Shown: positions 13,297 to 59,511, numbered from the stretch's first letter. The stretch: DNA of 64,000 nucleotides from Antedon mediterranea (GCF_964355755.1 NC_092672.1:13082001-13146000); one strand, 5' to 3'. Translations and numbers: made by a program. Notes: a model not told the origin generated them from the sequence alone.

Positions 13297-14805
13297 CCTA
13301 CCTTGGACAGCTAGAGTAAATTATTAACTACTTTTTGATATCTATCTATTTTCATTATAATGTTAGCGCTCCATGTTTAAACAATCTTTAATCTGTTCCT
13401 GGAAATATAAAAAATGATCTACATCTAAAACAATTTCAGTCAACACTGTTCTTTAATTGGTAAGATGAATTTGCAAAAGATATAAAGAATTAATGTAATG
13501 CTTTATGTCAACCCTATACCAATAGTTGATGTCACAAACAAATGTTGAGATGGGTGGGCCATGTGGCAAGACTCCATGAAAAAATGGACTAGCAGGACTA
13601 TGTTTTAACAACCAATGATATGGTAGGAAAAAGAGAGCACACCAGAAATGAGATGGAGACATGATCTGGAGAAATATAAACAAGAAATATTTCTTTAAAA
13701 AAACGCTGCTCGCTTATTGAAAAATATTTTTTATTTCAAATGTTTTTGAATGTGTCATTTTATAGTCACATAATAGTTATTTTACCTGAAAAAATGTAAT
13801 TTAAAGCAACAAATACTTAAATTGTCTGTCAGACAATGGTTTTTGGGTTTCTTTTCTCTTTTTATATGTGAATAAATATTATTTTTTTGTTACAGAAGTG
13901 AATACCGTACTCAATTTCTGTCACTTTAGTTAATTTTATTGCTAAGATTAAGTCTGGGGGTCACTTCATTACCCTAGCTATTTCAAGTGTGAAGGATATA
14001 GTATATATTACAAACACAAACTTTAATGGACTGTTTCAATAATAATTCAATGAATATCTGACAGTAAATTACAGTCAAAAGTCAGTATTATAGTCAAATG
14101 GGACTCATAAATACCAGAAATTCTTTGGTCCTAATAGACTCTTTTCCCAGACGTTTTTTTTGGGTCTAGCAGCTGGAAATCTATAAATTATAGTGGAGTT
14201 TCCATTTTCGCAAAACTGTCGTCCTTAGAACTATAACTGCTGGTTGCTTTAGCTTCTGATTGAGTAGTCCTAATGGGACGTAGCGGGCTAGAGCAGCAGC
14301 GTGAAAAACATTTTAAAAACTGGTTACCAAAAAGATTAGCAAAAGATTGAAGCAGTGTGTTTATTCGAATCTTACTTTGAATTAACGTGTCCTTAAAAAA
14401 AACATACCCCCTGTCTAATAGAATGGGCCTTTATTTACTTCCTTGAAAATAACACCCCACTACAAAACGTCAATACAGAACATTGACATATTCATCATTG
14501 TTGTGTAATACAAACAAAATTCTCATTAAAATCCAGAAACAAAAGAAATACTATATTAACAGCAAAAAAACATTTTATTTTTATAACCTGTGATATGCAT
14601 CAGTGTATTTATTTTAAATCTCTTCATGTATGATAAAACTGGACCTTTAGCTTGAACTCCAATACTTCTGCAGCTATCAGCTGATCAAATGGACTCAAGC
14701 CCACTATGCAATCTCATCACCACTATGTCTGTGTATATAAATGTGACAGCATGTTCTTATGGCTTTTTATGAAGTTAAACAAGAATATACAGCATTTATT
14801 ATCAA

Positions 14806-15347
14806 AGATGTATTGTCCCTTGAGACACAAAAAATGAAGGTCAAAATATTCTAAATTTAAATTGGCCATATCAAAGTTATATTAAAGTTCATTCATTTAA
14901 ATCTAAAATTCGAGCCAAAAACAACAAGTTTACGTAATTAACAGGTAAATTAATTGGATTACATTTCATCTGGAAAATCTTTGCGAGCGAAAGTAAACAA
15001 AGATTTCAAATCATTATGCATGATGCTAATAAGGACTGTTTACAAATCCTCAAGGTTGTGATGTGAAGGTGTTCACACACAGATCGCGAGGAAGTTTTAT
15101 GATTATGCATACAGAGTAGCCAAACAAGGCGGTTTCATTATGAGATATGTTTTGATCGAAAACTTTGACTGGAAGTCAAATTTATTTGTTGAACAAAAAA
15201 ACCTTTGTATTTCAGTTAAATGACTTTTTTTCCAATTAATTTTTGGTGAAAGTTTATAACTATTATGAAACTTCAAGATGACCCACTTTTTTTCGAAATT
15301 TTTATTTTTTTATTTTTTTGGGAATTAGTCAAAGGGACAATACATCT
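14806..15347. mobile_element. Kolobok-like MITE (copy 1)
   Basis: TIR AGATGTATTGTCCCTT...AAGGGACAATACATCT with TTAA-like flanks. It is the reverse-complement homolog of 26025-26555. Confidence 0.75.
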
Positions 15348-16594
15348 TAACTTATATGATTAATTCTATATAAACTGCACAACTCTTCTGATGTATATGT
15401 AATATTTTTTTAATGAATAATGGTTTTTTATACAGTACTAAATAACTTTAATATAATTTGAACGTACATAATAAAATATAAATTACATACAAAACAAGTT
15501 AATCTATGCATGTTTATTAAGCAATCAAACGAATCACAAATAATAAATGGGGCATTGTTATAAACAATGTGTTTATCATTCATCAAAATTACCTTTGCAC
15601 TTTTTAGGGAATATTTCATTGATAAAAAGATTATTGCAACAACAAGTCCTAAGAATCAGATAAAGATAAAATGTACACTTAGGTTGTCATTTTAAATAGT
15701 CTAGGACAAAACACTTGTTAAACCACCTGTACAAACTGAATTAATTATTTACACAAAACAATTTAATTTAACTTTATAAAGTTCTCATTCAGTTTGGGTT
15801 CAGGTTTTTTAAATATAATTTATATCATTATAACAATATGAATACATCTTTTATAGCAGAAAAAAATAGTTAGATGTTGGTTAAATTGCGTTACTAAAAT
15901 AGCAAGTTCCGGTGATGTTAGTTTATAGGTGGTACAGCAAGGTCATAAAATTATAATAAATCAATATACAATGAATTATTTTTTTTTTTATTTGACCTAA
16001 ATAAAAGGTTGTTCTTCTAATGAAGGCTCATTTTATTTCATGTATACCACTTTAAGTGATTATTTGATATATAATAATAATCATTTCAGAAATTAAAAAA
16101 ATGTATATTTTTCCACTGCTAGCTTCTGAGGTGCTAGCCTATCTAATTAATTAAGTCCCCTTTTAACCCCTGTATCCTGTATCAATCCTGGTTACAGGTT
16201 TAGTCTTTGAGTTGTTTTTGTATCTAATATAATTTCTAGTAAAATAAGCATTCATGTCATATAAGGTGAATTTATATTGTTTCATAGAAATGAAAACAGA
16301 AAATGCTTTGCATATAATATACTTTGAGTAGGCTCATAGGTTCTTATAAAAATGAAAACAATTATAATTTATATTATTACTTTTATTGCTGTTAAACCCC
16401 AAAAGAAAGCTTACCTCAGTTTGTTTCAACATTTATCAACACACTTTGCAGTATACAGCTTTCATACATGTATCGAATTTGGATAAATTATAAACATTTT
16501 GATACAACCCTCGTCGATTTAGAATTAAAGAAACAATTGGAATAATATTAAGTGTTAGTTATTACTTGAATTACAAACGGTGACCATCATAATC

Positions 16595-29008
<12,414 letters not shown>

Positions 29009-31189
29009 TTCTAAATTTTGTAACGAATCGACCACAAAAACGCACAGGATGGGTCGAGAGCGGTAGCTGAACACACACACGTACGGGTCAGATCAATCGA
29101 AGAGCGCAGCATAAAAAATAAACACACGTCGTACTGATGTGCCTATGTACACGACTGTCGTTTAGATAACCTGGGTGATTCACTGATTTTTACACACATC
29201 GCCCTCTGGAAATTATTGGTTGGTTTTTATTTGTGCAAAAGCAACTCTTTATAATGATGACCCTTTTTCAATAAACTGTAGGCTACTCTTGGCGCAAATT
29301 TTAACAAATTTGTAAAAGAAGCTTGGAAATATCGAACACATTTTTTGAATGACCCTGCTAATAATTGCTTATAGAACTATTCATTATTATTATTATTGTT
29401 ATTTGTATATTTTAAATTTTCTAGTGTTTCTTTTTTTTTCTTGTTTTTGTGGTAGAAGATCTCCTGTGTGAAAGTGTTTTCCATGCATTTGAATGTTGAT
29501 TTGTAATTTTTTAAATGTTCAACCCCTCTTTGTGAGTGTAACGAATAATATTATTATTATTACAGTTCAGTATATTCAATAATAATATTATTATTATTAT
29601 CAATTATTTTTGTTTCTTTTGCTTTGTTTTTGTTTCTTTAAGTACTTTTTGTTCATGCTTTCCAATGTTGTTTTTTCTAAACTGTAATTTATTTTTTATA
29701 TTTTAATTTCATTTGATACTTTGTAAATACTGTATTGTTGTGAGGTCGAACTTATGTTACAAAAGTTAAGAGTGTATCAATCTAAATCAATAATCTTGCT
29801 TGCTTGACTTATGTGACTAATTTGATCTGATGACAAAATTCAAGTCAAAGTAATATTGGCCTATTTTACTTCTTAAGTTCTAAATGTTAGGTTATTGGTT
29901 AATTCAGACGCTTTTTTTAAAGAAAAGCTTTCGAGCTCGAGAAAACAAAACGAAAAAGAAATTAAGAGGACAGCAAGACAACATGAAAAAAATTAAATGA
30001 AATGAAATATAAAAAATGATGATAGGTGTCGTCACCATTTGAAAGAAAAACTGTCTTTGATAAGGTACTTTGGATGGGAGCTGGTACGTTATATCAGTAT
30101 TTTAAATATTATTTTTAGAAGTAGGTTTTTTTGTAAATCATCAAATTGTAAAAATAAAATTACATTGTTGTATAGTTTACATCCTGAGTTTTAACAAACC
30201 AAAAGAAGAAAACAATTGATTTGAATGGGATAGGGAAGGAGAGCAGTTTATATGAATCTTACAGTTTTCTTTTTTAAATTGCATTTTATTGGACAGTTTA
30301 TTTAGGTAGGAATGATACGGGTAACCAAAACAATATTACAATAAGTAGGGTAAAGGAGGATTTATGAACAGTAAAAGATACGGAGTATGTTTTGATGAAA
30401 GATGACAGGACCATATGCAAAAGAGGTGCAATACATATACCCCTGATATATGTTTTTATCCTATAAAAAATGTTTTGAAGTTAAAAAAAAATAAATAAAA
30501 ATTAATCACATAAAATATGATACCATGAGAACTTTTAGATATTTTGTTTTCGACTTCAGCAATCTGCTGTTTCCAATTTACTTATGAGATAATGGAGAAT
30601 GACCAAGTTTTTTAAAAATTTAAATGTTAACCCATAAAGTCGTGACTGAGGCTAAATAAGGAAACATACATTTTTATGACTATAACTTTCTGCAATTGTT
30701 GGTTTTGTTGTTATGTGAAATGTTTTGGGCTTCCCAAAAATTGCATTTGTTTTAACTAAGGTCAAAAGTCAAATGCTCAAAAAGTGCAATTCAGTGACAC
30801 CAAAAAATCAACCCGTACTTATACGACGGGCCTAGCGTCCTGGGACAGTATAGTAGCCTACCCTTATGGGATACGGGCCACGTCTTCAAAGGGTTAATTG
30901 TGAAAAGACCAAATAATAGTCAACAGGGTCTAAATATTTTTCTGTCAACTAAGAAATAAATGTTTTTATCAAAAAAAAAAGTTCCATGTCTTTATGTACA
31001 AAACTCTCTCTACAGTTCCGTTGATAAGAAAATATAAAAAGTATTTCTTTTAAAGGTGACAATTTCTTGGATGCATTACCATGTCAAATGTGAGACCCCT
31101 GATCTTCTTCTTATGTAATACAAGTCGCTAACATTATCTTTTTTATTTACAGCCATTCCTTTACTCTTTTCTTTCTATATTTTGAAAGG

Positions 31190-31660
31190 TTTGTGACACT
31201 GATTTTGAAGTAACTAAAACACTGAATCTGTACACGGATTTAATAATAATCTGCAAACATTAGAAATAAGAGTGTTTAAACAAAATAAAAATAATGGTCC
31301 TAAAATAGACCCAGAGTGACACCCAATAAAACAGGAAGCCATCACCAAGGTACGTGTAACCATCAATAATAAATTGAAACTAAACTTTCTAATTTTATAA
31401 GGAATAAAATCTTCACGTGGAACTATCAAATGCATCGATGTATAGATAATCTCTCATTAGCCTTTAGAATTGATCACAGTAATGAATGAATCAAAAGTAA
31501 AGAAAAGTTAATTTTCACAAGATCTTCCTTGGTAAAAACCACGTTGATGCTCACTAATGACCCGAGCAACATGATTAAAGATCTGATGAAACAAAACCCC
31601 TTCAACCCTTTGGAAACGTAACGGAAGGCAACAAAGACATCGGTCTATAATGTAACATCA
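31190..31660 (-). mobile_element. Decayed LINE reverse-transcriptase fragment
   Basis: The minus strand gives GSILGPLFLF (RT QGSxLGPxLF motif), with an EHQRGF-like motif further upstream. It is heavily frameshifted. Confidence 0.55.
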
Positions 31661-31689
31661 GACAGAAAAATAAGACAAACATATCCTTT

Positions 31690-31997
31690 TCCGGTTGGTC
31701 GGTCGGTCGGTCGGTCGGTTGGTTGGTTGGTCGGTTGGTCGGTAAACACTAACTTCAGCACGCGACTGCAGTCATGTATATGGCCTTGTTATTGTCATTG
31801 CTGTTATTGTTATTTTTATTGTTTTTATTGTTGTTGTTTTTGTATTATGGGAATTAACTTCGCGTAAAAATTTAACAAGGCCATGTAGATGGCTGCAATC
31901 GCGTGTTCAAATTTGAGTTAGTGTTTATCAACCGACCGACCGACCGACCAACCGACCGACATTGTGAGCTGTAGAGTCGTGTTGCGCGCGACTAAAA
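31690..31997. mobile_element. Two divergently oriented short DINE/HINE-like elements with (CCGA/CCAA)n microsatellite
   Basis: The head AACAAGGCCAT...CTGCA(G/A)TCGCGTG...TTAGTGTTTA followed by (ACCG)n occurs on the minus strand at 31690-31790 and on the plus strand at 31874-31997. The plus copy ends AGTCGTG...CGCGACTAAAAA. Confidence 0.55.
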
Positions 31998-34230
31998 ATA
32001 ACATATTTGTAAAGAATCTACCAGCCTTGGAGAGAAACATAATCTGAAAATCGTTTTTCAATGCTGTTATCTTGTTGAAATAACAACTGAGCAGCAGAAA
32101 TGAAGAAGGAAGTAATATTTAATCCTCAAATTATTTTAAAGAATGTTTGTAGGAAACTATCTTACAGTCTACTGGCTGCGCTCCAAAAAATGATATTAAC
32201 CTTGGGAGATATAATAAATATGTAGGCCAGCCTATATGGTTCACAGAATATCTAATAAATACAAACAAAGATTTCGTAATGATAACTGCTGCTAGGCAAT
32301 GTTTTGGATGGTGATGTTCTGTTTAAACTCATGAAATCAATATATTTTTCTTAAATTGCGGTTATTTAGATACAAGTCATGTAAAACATGCATTATGAGG
32401 AAAATCGTTTACAGTAGCAACTACAACACAACAACTACCGTAGGTGTACTATATATTATATTATTATGTAACAATATGATATGCAAATAATTGAACTAAT
32501 TTAAATCTATCATTTCTAGTCAAAGAAAATATTGTTTTTTTAAATATAAATGACAGATATCATGACCAAAAAAAGGTAAAATACAGAATTTTGAAAACTT
32601 CTGCTATAAAAACCACTAATTAGACTTTTACCGGTATATAGTGGCATCTCAGAAAATAAAATAAGTGCGGTGTTTTACGGTGGATGCTTTTTGTTATAGC
32701 GCGATAATAAAGTTCTAAAGTTGCAAAAAAGAAGAAAAAAGAAGTAGGCCTATAAACTTCAAGTTCATAATAAACCTATACCTATACTTAAGCATCTGTC
32801 AATGTGTAAGAATGGTGAAAATAAAATATTTGTATGGAAATTATCTTAATCAAAGTAAACAAGTTATAATACGGAAATAAAATATCTCAAAGAAAGCATG
32901 ACATATTATGGATACCTCAACGAAGTCGATTTGGTTCAATGCTTAACGATCATTAGCCAACTGCTCGAGTAAATAATTTATATATTTTTCTTGACATGCT
33001 AAGAAATTATTTTACTTTAAAAAATATTAATATAAAAATTGACAACGAAGAAAACAGAATCAGGACGCCCGCTTATGGCACTGAATAGTAAAACAAAACG
33101 TTTTAAAGTTAATAGTTCTTACGCAATATATACTGAAAAGGAAATAAATAGGAAGAAAAAATATTATTAATTATTAAACAACAACAATTTATTGCCAAGA
33201 TAGTATAAACGAATAAATAAAAGATAAGTATTTGTTTCTCGATATCAGCGATAGGCTGTTTAGACTCTATTGACAGCTGAATAATCGGATGCAATGTTTA
33301 ATTACTATATTTTAACTTTAAAATAAATTCAACTTTTTGTAAAAAAAAAAATGTTTGAAGAGCAAATGACATAAGAATGAAATGAACAGTGGCGAGATAA
33401 TATAAAGTGAAATACAAATGATATTGAATTAGTATCGATATTATAATACCAGGCAAGGGTGGACTTCATATTACACAAATAACACATTACATATAATAAA
33501 AGATATAGTGTCCCTCTGAAAAATTATTGTAAAAATATGTTTGTTGAATATGCAATTTTAATATCACGTAATTGCTACTAACCAAAAATTAGATCGAAAG
33601 AAAAATAATTTACCTGAAAAAAATCAAATTGGTTGTTAGACAATAGATTTCTATGTTAAATATAACACTTTATTTGGTCTTTTTAATTAAAACCATTATT
33701 TGTGTTATTTTTTTTACGGAAGTAAATAACTTGATTAAAACGTACATTTTCTGGCGCACATCAGTATTCTTATATTTGTATATGTATTAAAAAAAATTAA
33801 TTGATGCGTTCTTATTTCTCATAGCAGTAATTAATATTTCCCTTCCTAAATAATTGTAAGTATTGAAGTATTTTTATTATATGGAAATGATAACAAGAAT
33901 ACAGACACGTATGCCTACACGTTACTGGTACTGTATTATATTTTGAGTAGATAACTAAAACGATAAACAGACCTTTCTGTTATAATTTGAAAGTAATTTT
34001 ATTTTCTTGTATAGACGTCTTGTTGAGGAAAGTAAGTTGATGCCTCTATTTCAAATGGTAATATTAATCCAACAATGATATAGTCGACAAAATACATTTT
34101 GATCACATGAAATGTTGGTTTTTCCAATGTCATTTTACTTTCACTTTTAAAGTAATCGTAAATTTAACAATATCATATGTTTATCTATTTATAATAAAAA
34201 AAGTTTTACCCCACGTGATTCCTGATATAA

Positions 34231-34237
34231 TATATAA
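34231..34237 (+). promoter_or_regulatory. Candidate TATA box of the adhesion GPCR gene
   Basis: TATATAA(A) about 45 bp upstream of the proposed ATG at 34278. Weak evidence in AT-rich DNA. Confidence 0.3.
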
Positions 34238-34277
34238 ATGAGGCATACAAACTGTGCACACACAAGTTGGATGCAAT

Positions 34278-52988
<18,711 letters not shown>

Positions 52989-53699
52989 TAGATTAACGAT
53001 GATTGTAATAAGATGCTTGATGTTTGCTTGCTGTCCGCTATTATTTTATAATCAATTTTCTCGTATTAATTAATGCCGGCGCCAATATAATACCAAAGGA
53101 AACATCCTAATGTTCGAGTACCTATATCTAAATTAGATGCTCAAATGTTAGCTATTAAAACATTAAATGCCTTACCCATCATAGCAATAAAACAACCATT
53201 GTAAATCTACAGACACTTTTAAACGATTAAATTGTATAGCATTGTTTTAACTTGTATCGTTTTATATTTTAATTGTAATGATTGCATGGTTTTTTTTTTT
53301 GGGTTTTGCTTGTTATTGTAATGTTTAAGTAGGCATATGTATTTTAATGAGATTCAGAATGATTGCCATATTTTTGTGATGTGTTTGTGATAGTGGCAGA
53401 TACATATCGGTACCTAAACATAAACAGCACAGTGCTGTGCTACGGTTTTCCTCTATTTGTTATTTCTTTGTTATTTTTTAATTGCTTATGTAACATTGTA
53501 GTGTCATTAAATAGTATGAAAAAATGTATGTAATCAGGTATATTTAGTTTGTTGTTTGTTTATTTATTAAAATTCATCCCAGTAGGCTGAAAGTTTCATG
53601 TTTTCTCTCATAGTTACATATAAAACTATTTTCTAATCCAGATCTATTTTGAAGTTTAAATTTTAGAACCAATATAAAACTATTTCCTGCTAACTAGTA

Positions 53700-55530
53700 C
53701 GTCGGTAAATCGCGCGTTATTTCTAGAATGTTTACTCGATTGTATATAAAGTTGGTTCGTACTTTCGATACTGATTTTAATCACCTGATGTAACCATGTT
53801 TACTATTTAAATTGAGTTCGATAATTAGTTATTGACGATTAAAACGAATTTAGCTTCAACGATTTTCCCCAAATAGGGGTGTTTTCCGATCGTGGTATAC
53901 ACTGTCCAATCTTGAAAAGTACCCGCACACAATAATACGAGGATGCTTTGCATTTTCCTATCTCCTCCTACGATAATTGTTTTTAATAGCTGAAAACCGG
54001 TTGAACAGCTCGAGTACAGCATCATAATGTTGAAGACAGGCCGATTTTCATTTAAAAAAATACTATTTTGATAGATTTACTATATGTTTATACAAATGTA
54101 TTGATTTCCGATGAATGAAACATTCCAATATAACTATTTGGTTTAACACAAATACCAGTTGTAGGTAAATTTATTGGCCTTGGGGAATTACCCTAAAACC
54201 TATATAGATATAGTATTGCAATACTTGGACAGTACTGTAAATACGTATTAACCTTTTTTGGTCGCCATTTGAATAGCAATTTTTTTACTGTGAGTGTGGG
54301 TACTGTTAGATATATAAGCACATGTACAAATAAACGTATTACTGTGAGTGTGAGTAGGCCCTACTGTTAGATATATAAACGCACAATATACACATAACCT
54401 TTATTACTTGCTTCTCAACGTTTGTATTAATTAATCAATATATAAATCTACGCAAGGGAAAAATTCGGTTAATCGCGCCTTAATTCAAGAATTTTTACTC
54501 GATGGTATATAAAGTTTGTTGTACTTTCGGTACGGTACTGATTTTAACCACCTGATGTAACCCTGTTTACTAATTAAATTGAGTTAGATAATTATTTATT
54601 GACAATTAAAACGAATTTAGGTTCAACGATTTGCACCAAATAGGGGTGTTTTCCGATCGTGGTATACACTGTCTAATGGATGTGATGGATGTCTATTATG
54701 TACAAAACTGTATTATTACAGTTAAACCACCCACACCACCACCCTCCCCTCACTGGCATGAGTAGCGTTGTAAAGCCAGTAGAGGATAGGCCTACGGTAC
54801 GAAGGACCACATGCTAAACGCAGAACAACTTTGGAGGGTAGGAAACAACTTAAGTATGAATTGGCTCTAAGAAACAATAGAATACCATTAGGCCTATACT
54901 ACTAATTAAGTTGAGTTAGATAATTTAACATTTATTGACGATTAAAGCGAATTTATGATTTGGCCCGAAAAGAGGTGGTTTTCACAAATTGTTTACATTA
55001 TATTAAGCATATACAAATAATCTTTATTACTGACAGTTGCTTCTTAACGTTTGTATTAATTAATACAGTAATTACAAAAAAATATAAACGTCGTAGTGAT
55101 ACTACTGTACTATTTCAATCGACTATGATGGTAACAGTTTCAACAAAGTATTACATCGCAATGCTTTACTGTGTTTAGTGGTATATTATTTGTAAAACAT
55201 GAAAACATTTAATATTTCGTTACTAAATGAATAAAGAATATATTTAAAAATTGTTCCTCTTTGCACCCATCCTCTTCCCCATCCCTCAACCCTAATGTTA
55301 CATACAAAACACAAATTAAGTTTTTAAAGTTTAATTAGACTCAACAACTGGTCTCATTTTGTGACAAGTTCCTCTTTCGGAAGTAATTCCCAGGGTGATA
55401 ATTTTAGTTGAGTACATCACCGTGTCTATTTATTCGTTCCTGTAAACGACATGTATTATTGTTCTGTGGTACGTACTGTACATTTGAAATCACCAGTTTT
55501 TTTAACGCTGAAATTACTATGTATTCGAGA
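53700..55530 (+). mobile_element. Cluster of Helitron family fragments
   Basis: Segments 53700-54434, 54435-54680 (new 5' end A|TCAATATATAAATCTACGCAAGGG) and about 54900-55530 are each homologous to the reverse complement of 2468-3773. The 3' hairpin is absent. Confidence 0.75.
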
Positions 55531-57006
55531 ATCTATGAATCTATTAAATATAATAATGGAGAAGACAAAATAATACGATGAACCTGTATTTGTACAGGTT
55601 CACCGCACTCTAGTCTTCTCGGATAAGTTCATGTGCACTTTAAAGAACCTAATACATCTTTCGATACGAGTAGGGGGTTATATCGGTGTACTACTAGTAT
55701 ATCACAGCCACTCATCATAACTAGGCCCTCTGGGAGAAGTCGCCCAGTATGAATAAATAACAATCGTAGGCCTACCATTTTTGTAAATGTGTTGTCATTA
55801 AAACTAGCTGACACTAGTTTTTTAAAATTCAAATACTAAATATTGTCAAATGCCGAAATAAATCTTATTATTATTATTATTGATAGGCAACTTATGTTAG
55901 TTATTAGTTATTAAGTAGAAATATTGGGACGTGTGTCCTCGCATTCGGTCATCGGACGTTCCAAATCGAAAGTCATTATGTATGTGCATCTTTGTTTAAT
56001 TAGGAAGCCTAAATTGAGTCTTTAATTTGAAATATCACATTTATTTTTGAAAAATGTGCTAGATATAAAGATATACACTACAGTACGACATATCGCCTGC
56101 TGCGTAGGCTAAACAATATCAATTATTACAATGTGGATTGATGTGAACTGATTCGAAAATAATATATCGATGAGAAAGACAAAATGGAGTGTTTCATTAT
56201 ATGTTTCACTTTCTGTTTTTAGTTCAAATACATATACGATGTAAATTTAATTTACTTAGTATAAGTATCATACATTTTTTTAGATTATATTCTACTATTT
56301 TTTTTGCTATTTCTTCCGTAAAATAATTCTATTGTAGACTAGGCTATGAATGAGGTAGGTGCCACCCGGAGAGGTAGAAATTCTCATATGACTTTTCTAG
56401 ACCAGTTTTTTCTGGGGAATCCAAATATATTGGGTAAACGGGCTGTAACCTGAGAACTTTCGCGTGAGGGCGCTTTTTTCAAAATGGCTGCCAGTTACAG
56501 TAGACTATGATATCTTGGCAACCACTGGTCATAGAGAGTTGATTTTGGTGTCAAATTGTTCGGAATGTACATGTTCCTATTTGATGTAATAGAACATTTT
56601 GTCAGAAAATGGCCGGAAATACCTCTATTGACCTTTGACCCAATATTTAACAGATATCATATCTTCGTAACTACTCGACACAGAAAGTTGTAATTGGTGT
56701 CAAACTCTCCAGAATATAGATGTTTATATTCAAACTAATAGAACATTATCTGTAAAAATGACCGGAAATAACGTTACTGACCTTTGACTCAAAATGCAAG
56801 ACATTTCTCCCATCTGATCACGTTAATCTTGTCAATTAATTCATTTTGTGCCAATTGGAGGTTGACATTCTCATATTATTTTCTGGACCAGTTTTTCATG
56901 TGCAATCCGAATATATGAGATAAATAAGCCATAACAAGGCCAAGAATGTAATTCTCTTTTACTACATACATGCTTCCCTTTAGTGTTTCAGACTGTATGT
57001 CGTGTA

Positions 57007-58479
57007 TTAATCTTCAAGATCGCTCACATCACTGCAATCTGAAAAGTCTTCATATTCATTATGTGTAAACAGTTCCTGGACATCAGTGGGAATCACTGTC
57101 TCAATCCATTTAGGGTCCATTTGTTCGTTCCATCCATTGTGTGTACTGTTGTTGACAAAATCATTGACGTCTGCTGATTGCCATTCTTTAGTAATGAAGT
57201 TTGCTCTAAGTATATGAAACTCAAGGGTCTGCTGACATAGTGGCAGTAATGATATATCTGTAATCTTGTTGTGTCTGGAAAACTTTCTGTTGAAGGTATC
57301 ATATCTTGCTTGATTTACACTTTCCCCCTTCACTTCATACAATAGTGAAACATACTCTTCAAATTCCTCATACAACTCTTTTGATGGAACATCTGACACT
57401 CCAAGGTTGCAGAATGCGTCAACAAATTTTGCTTTTGATTCCAGAAGCTTCCAGCAGGTACGTTTTCCTTTCCGAAAGAAAGCGGAGTTATAATCGTTAC
57501 CTGTGAAAGCATGGAATCCAATAAGGGATGATTTCTGCGCTTTTGTTAAATCAATGTCACTCAATTTCAGTACATTTCGGTATTTCCTAGTGTTTGTATC
57601 AATAATTACCCTCTGCCCATCATCTATGAAATGAGATAGTGCAATGACTGGAATATCAATGTCTCCAGAATGGGAACGAATTATTGCTACGCCTTGATTG
57701 TTATTTGTTAAAGCATGCTTTGCATGCAGGATGACTTTCGTGTAGGCTTCTTCTTCCGGCTACTATTAAGCTCCGGAACCAATACAACATCTCAGTTAGT
57801 AACGTAGATGCATTCTTTGTACGATGAAAAGTAGGTAACATCAATCCTCATATCTGTTGGAATGCTTTCTTTCTTTGATACTAGTACACAACGAATAAGC
57901 TCAATCAATCTGGTCTTGTTCTCGCCGTTGGCAAGGAAATTGTTGAAATCACGGCCAACTTTAATATTGTTGAGCTTACAATTACTTTTGGTGCAATACC
58001 GCGTATGTTTCTCTCAACAGACTTAATGCTTTTTGGCAGGTATGCATCGGTAACAATATCAACACGCTTGTATCCTTTAGGGATGCTGTTGAAAACCTTT
58101 GCTACAAGATCCTCGTACGTATCAGGGTAAGATGTAAATGTTCTGATTAATGCCATCAAGTCAACAACATAGGCAATGACAGTAGCCTTTGCTGGCAGTG
58201 CCCGACCAGGATCTATAACATCTGTTGAACTTTCGATGAGAATTTCCATTAGGACACTTTTCTGAGTTGTTCGTCTTGTCCCATCTGCATTAGCAAGGCT
58301 TAGCGGGACAGGGGTAAGTGGATACTCAAAGGCTTTCTTAAAGTCAATTATTCTACCATGCTTTGTTGAGGTGGCAAGAAGCTTTCCTAAAACATCCCGA
58401 TTAGCTTATATTACTTTTACTTTCCCATTTGCCTTGATTTCTAGTTTCTTCCCACTATTCGAAAATAAAGTGAGATGAT
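57007..58479 (-). pseudogene. C-terminal part of an Academ-like transposon protein (left arm), with stops and frameshifts
   Basis: Fragments FEYPLTPVPLSLANADG, YVVDLMALIR, RVDIVTDAY...SIKSVER, GFHAFTGNDYNSAFFRKGKRTCWK and LEFHILRANF. The 5' transposase part is missing. Confidence 0.8.
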
Positions 58480-58504
58480 GTTATGGATCCTGGTCGAGCA
58501 CTGC

Positions 58505-59511
58505 GAGAAACAGACGCGGTATTGCACCAAAAGTAATTGTAAGCTCAAAAATATCAAAGTTGCCCCGTGATTTCAACAATTTCCTTGCCAACGGCGAGAA
58601 CAAGACCAGATTGATTGAGCTTATTCGCTGTGTACTAGTGTCAAAGAAAGAAAGCATTCTAACAGATATGAGGAGTGATGTTATTTACTTTTCATCGTAC
58701 AAAGAATGCATCTACGTTACTAAACTGAGATGTTGTATTGGTTCCGGAGCTTAATAGTAGCCAAGAAGAAGCCGACACGAAAGTCATCCTGCATGCAAAG
58801 CATGCTTTAACAAATAACAATCAAGGCGTAGCAATAATTCGTTCCCATTCTGGAGACATTGACATTCCAGTCATTTCACTATCTCATTTCATAGATGATG
58901 GGCAGAGGGTAATTATTGATACAAACACTGGGAAATACCGAAATGTACTGAAATTGAGTGACATTGATTTAACAAGAGCGCAGAAATCATCCCTTATTGG
59001 ATTCCATGCTTTTACAGGTAACGAGTATAACTCCGCTTTCGTTCGGAAAGGAAAACGTACCTGCTGGAAACTTCTGGAATCAAAAGCAACATTTGTTGAC
59101 ACATTCTGCAACCTTGGAGTGTCAGATGTTCCATCAAAAGAGTTGTATGAGGAACTTGAAGAGTATGTTTTACCATTGTATGGAGTGAAGGGGAAAAGTG
59201 TAAATCAAGCAAGATATGATATCTTCAACAGAAAGTTTTCCAGACACAACAAGATTACAGATATATCATTACTGCCACTATGTCAGCAGACCCTTGAGTT
59301 TTATATACTTAGAGCAAACTTCATTACTAAAGAATGGCAATCAGCAGACGTCAATGATTTTGTCAACAACAGTACACACAATGGATGGAACGAACAAATG
59401 GAGCCTAAATGGATTGAGACAGTGATGCCTACTGATGTCCAGGAACTGTTTACACATAATGAATATGAAGACTTTTCAGATTGCAGTGATGTGAGCGATC
59501 TTGAAGATTAA
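58505..59511 (+). pseudogene. C-terminal part of an Academ-like transposon protein (right arm)
   Basis: FLANGENKTRLI, then a frameshift into QEEADTKVILHA...SGDIDI...GFHAFTGNEYNSAF.RKGK..CWK (PIN/XPG acidic motifs plus an H3TH-like motif). Confidence 0.8.

Noticed and set aside
9350-16594. miR-21-like hairpin downstream of VMP1, as in vertebrates
   Set aside because: I saw no miR-21 sequence. The ATTTCAGAA...TTCTGAAAT stem near 12308-12351 pairs poorly inside.
56328-56334. 7-bp repeat TCTATTG (also at 60177-60183) as the TSD of the palindrome
   Set aside because: It overlaps the right inverted terminus. The 3-bp TTG outside the symmetric TAG...CTA ends is the simpler reading.
58738-59511. 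Host FEN1/XPG/EXO1 nuclease gene
   Set aside because: It is intronless, frameshifted, duplicated in inverted orientation and enclosed by TIRs, so it is transposon-derived.
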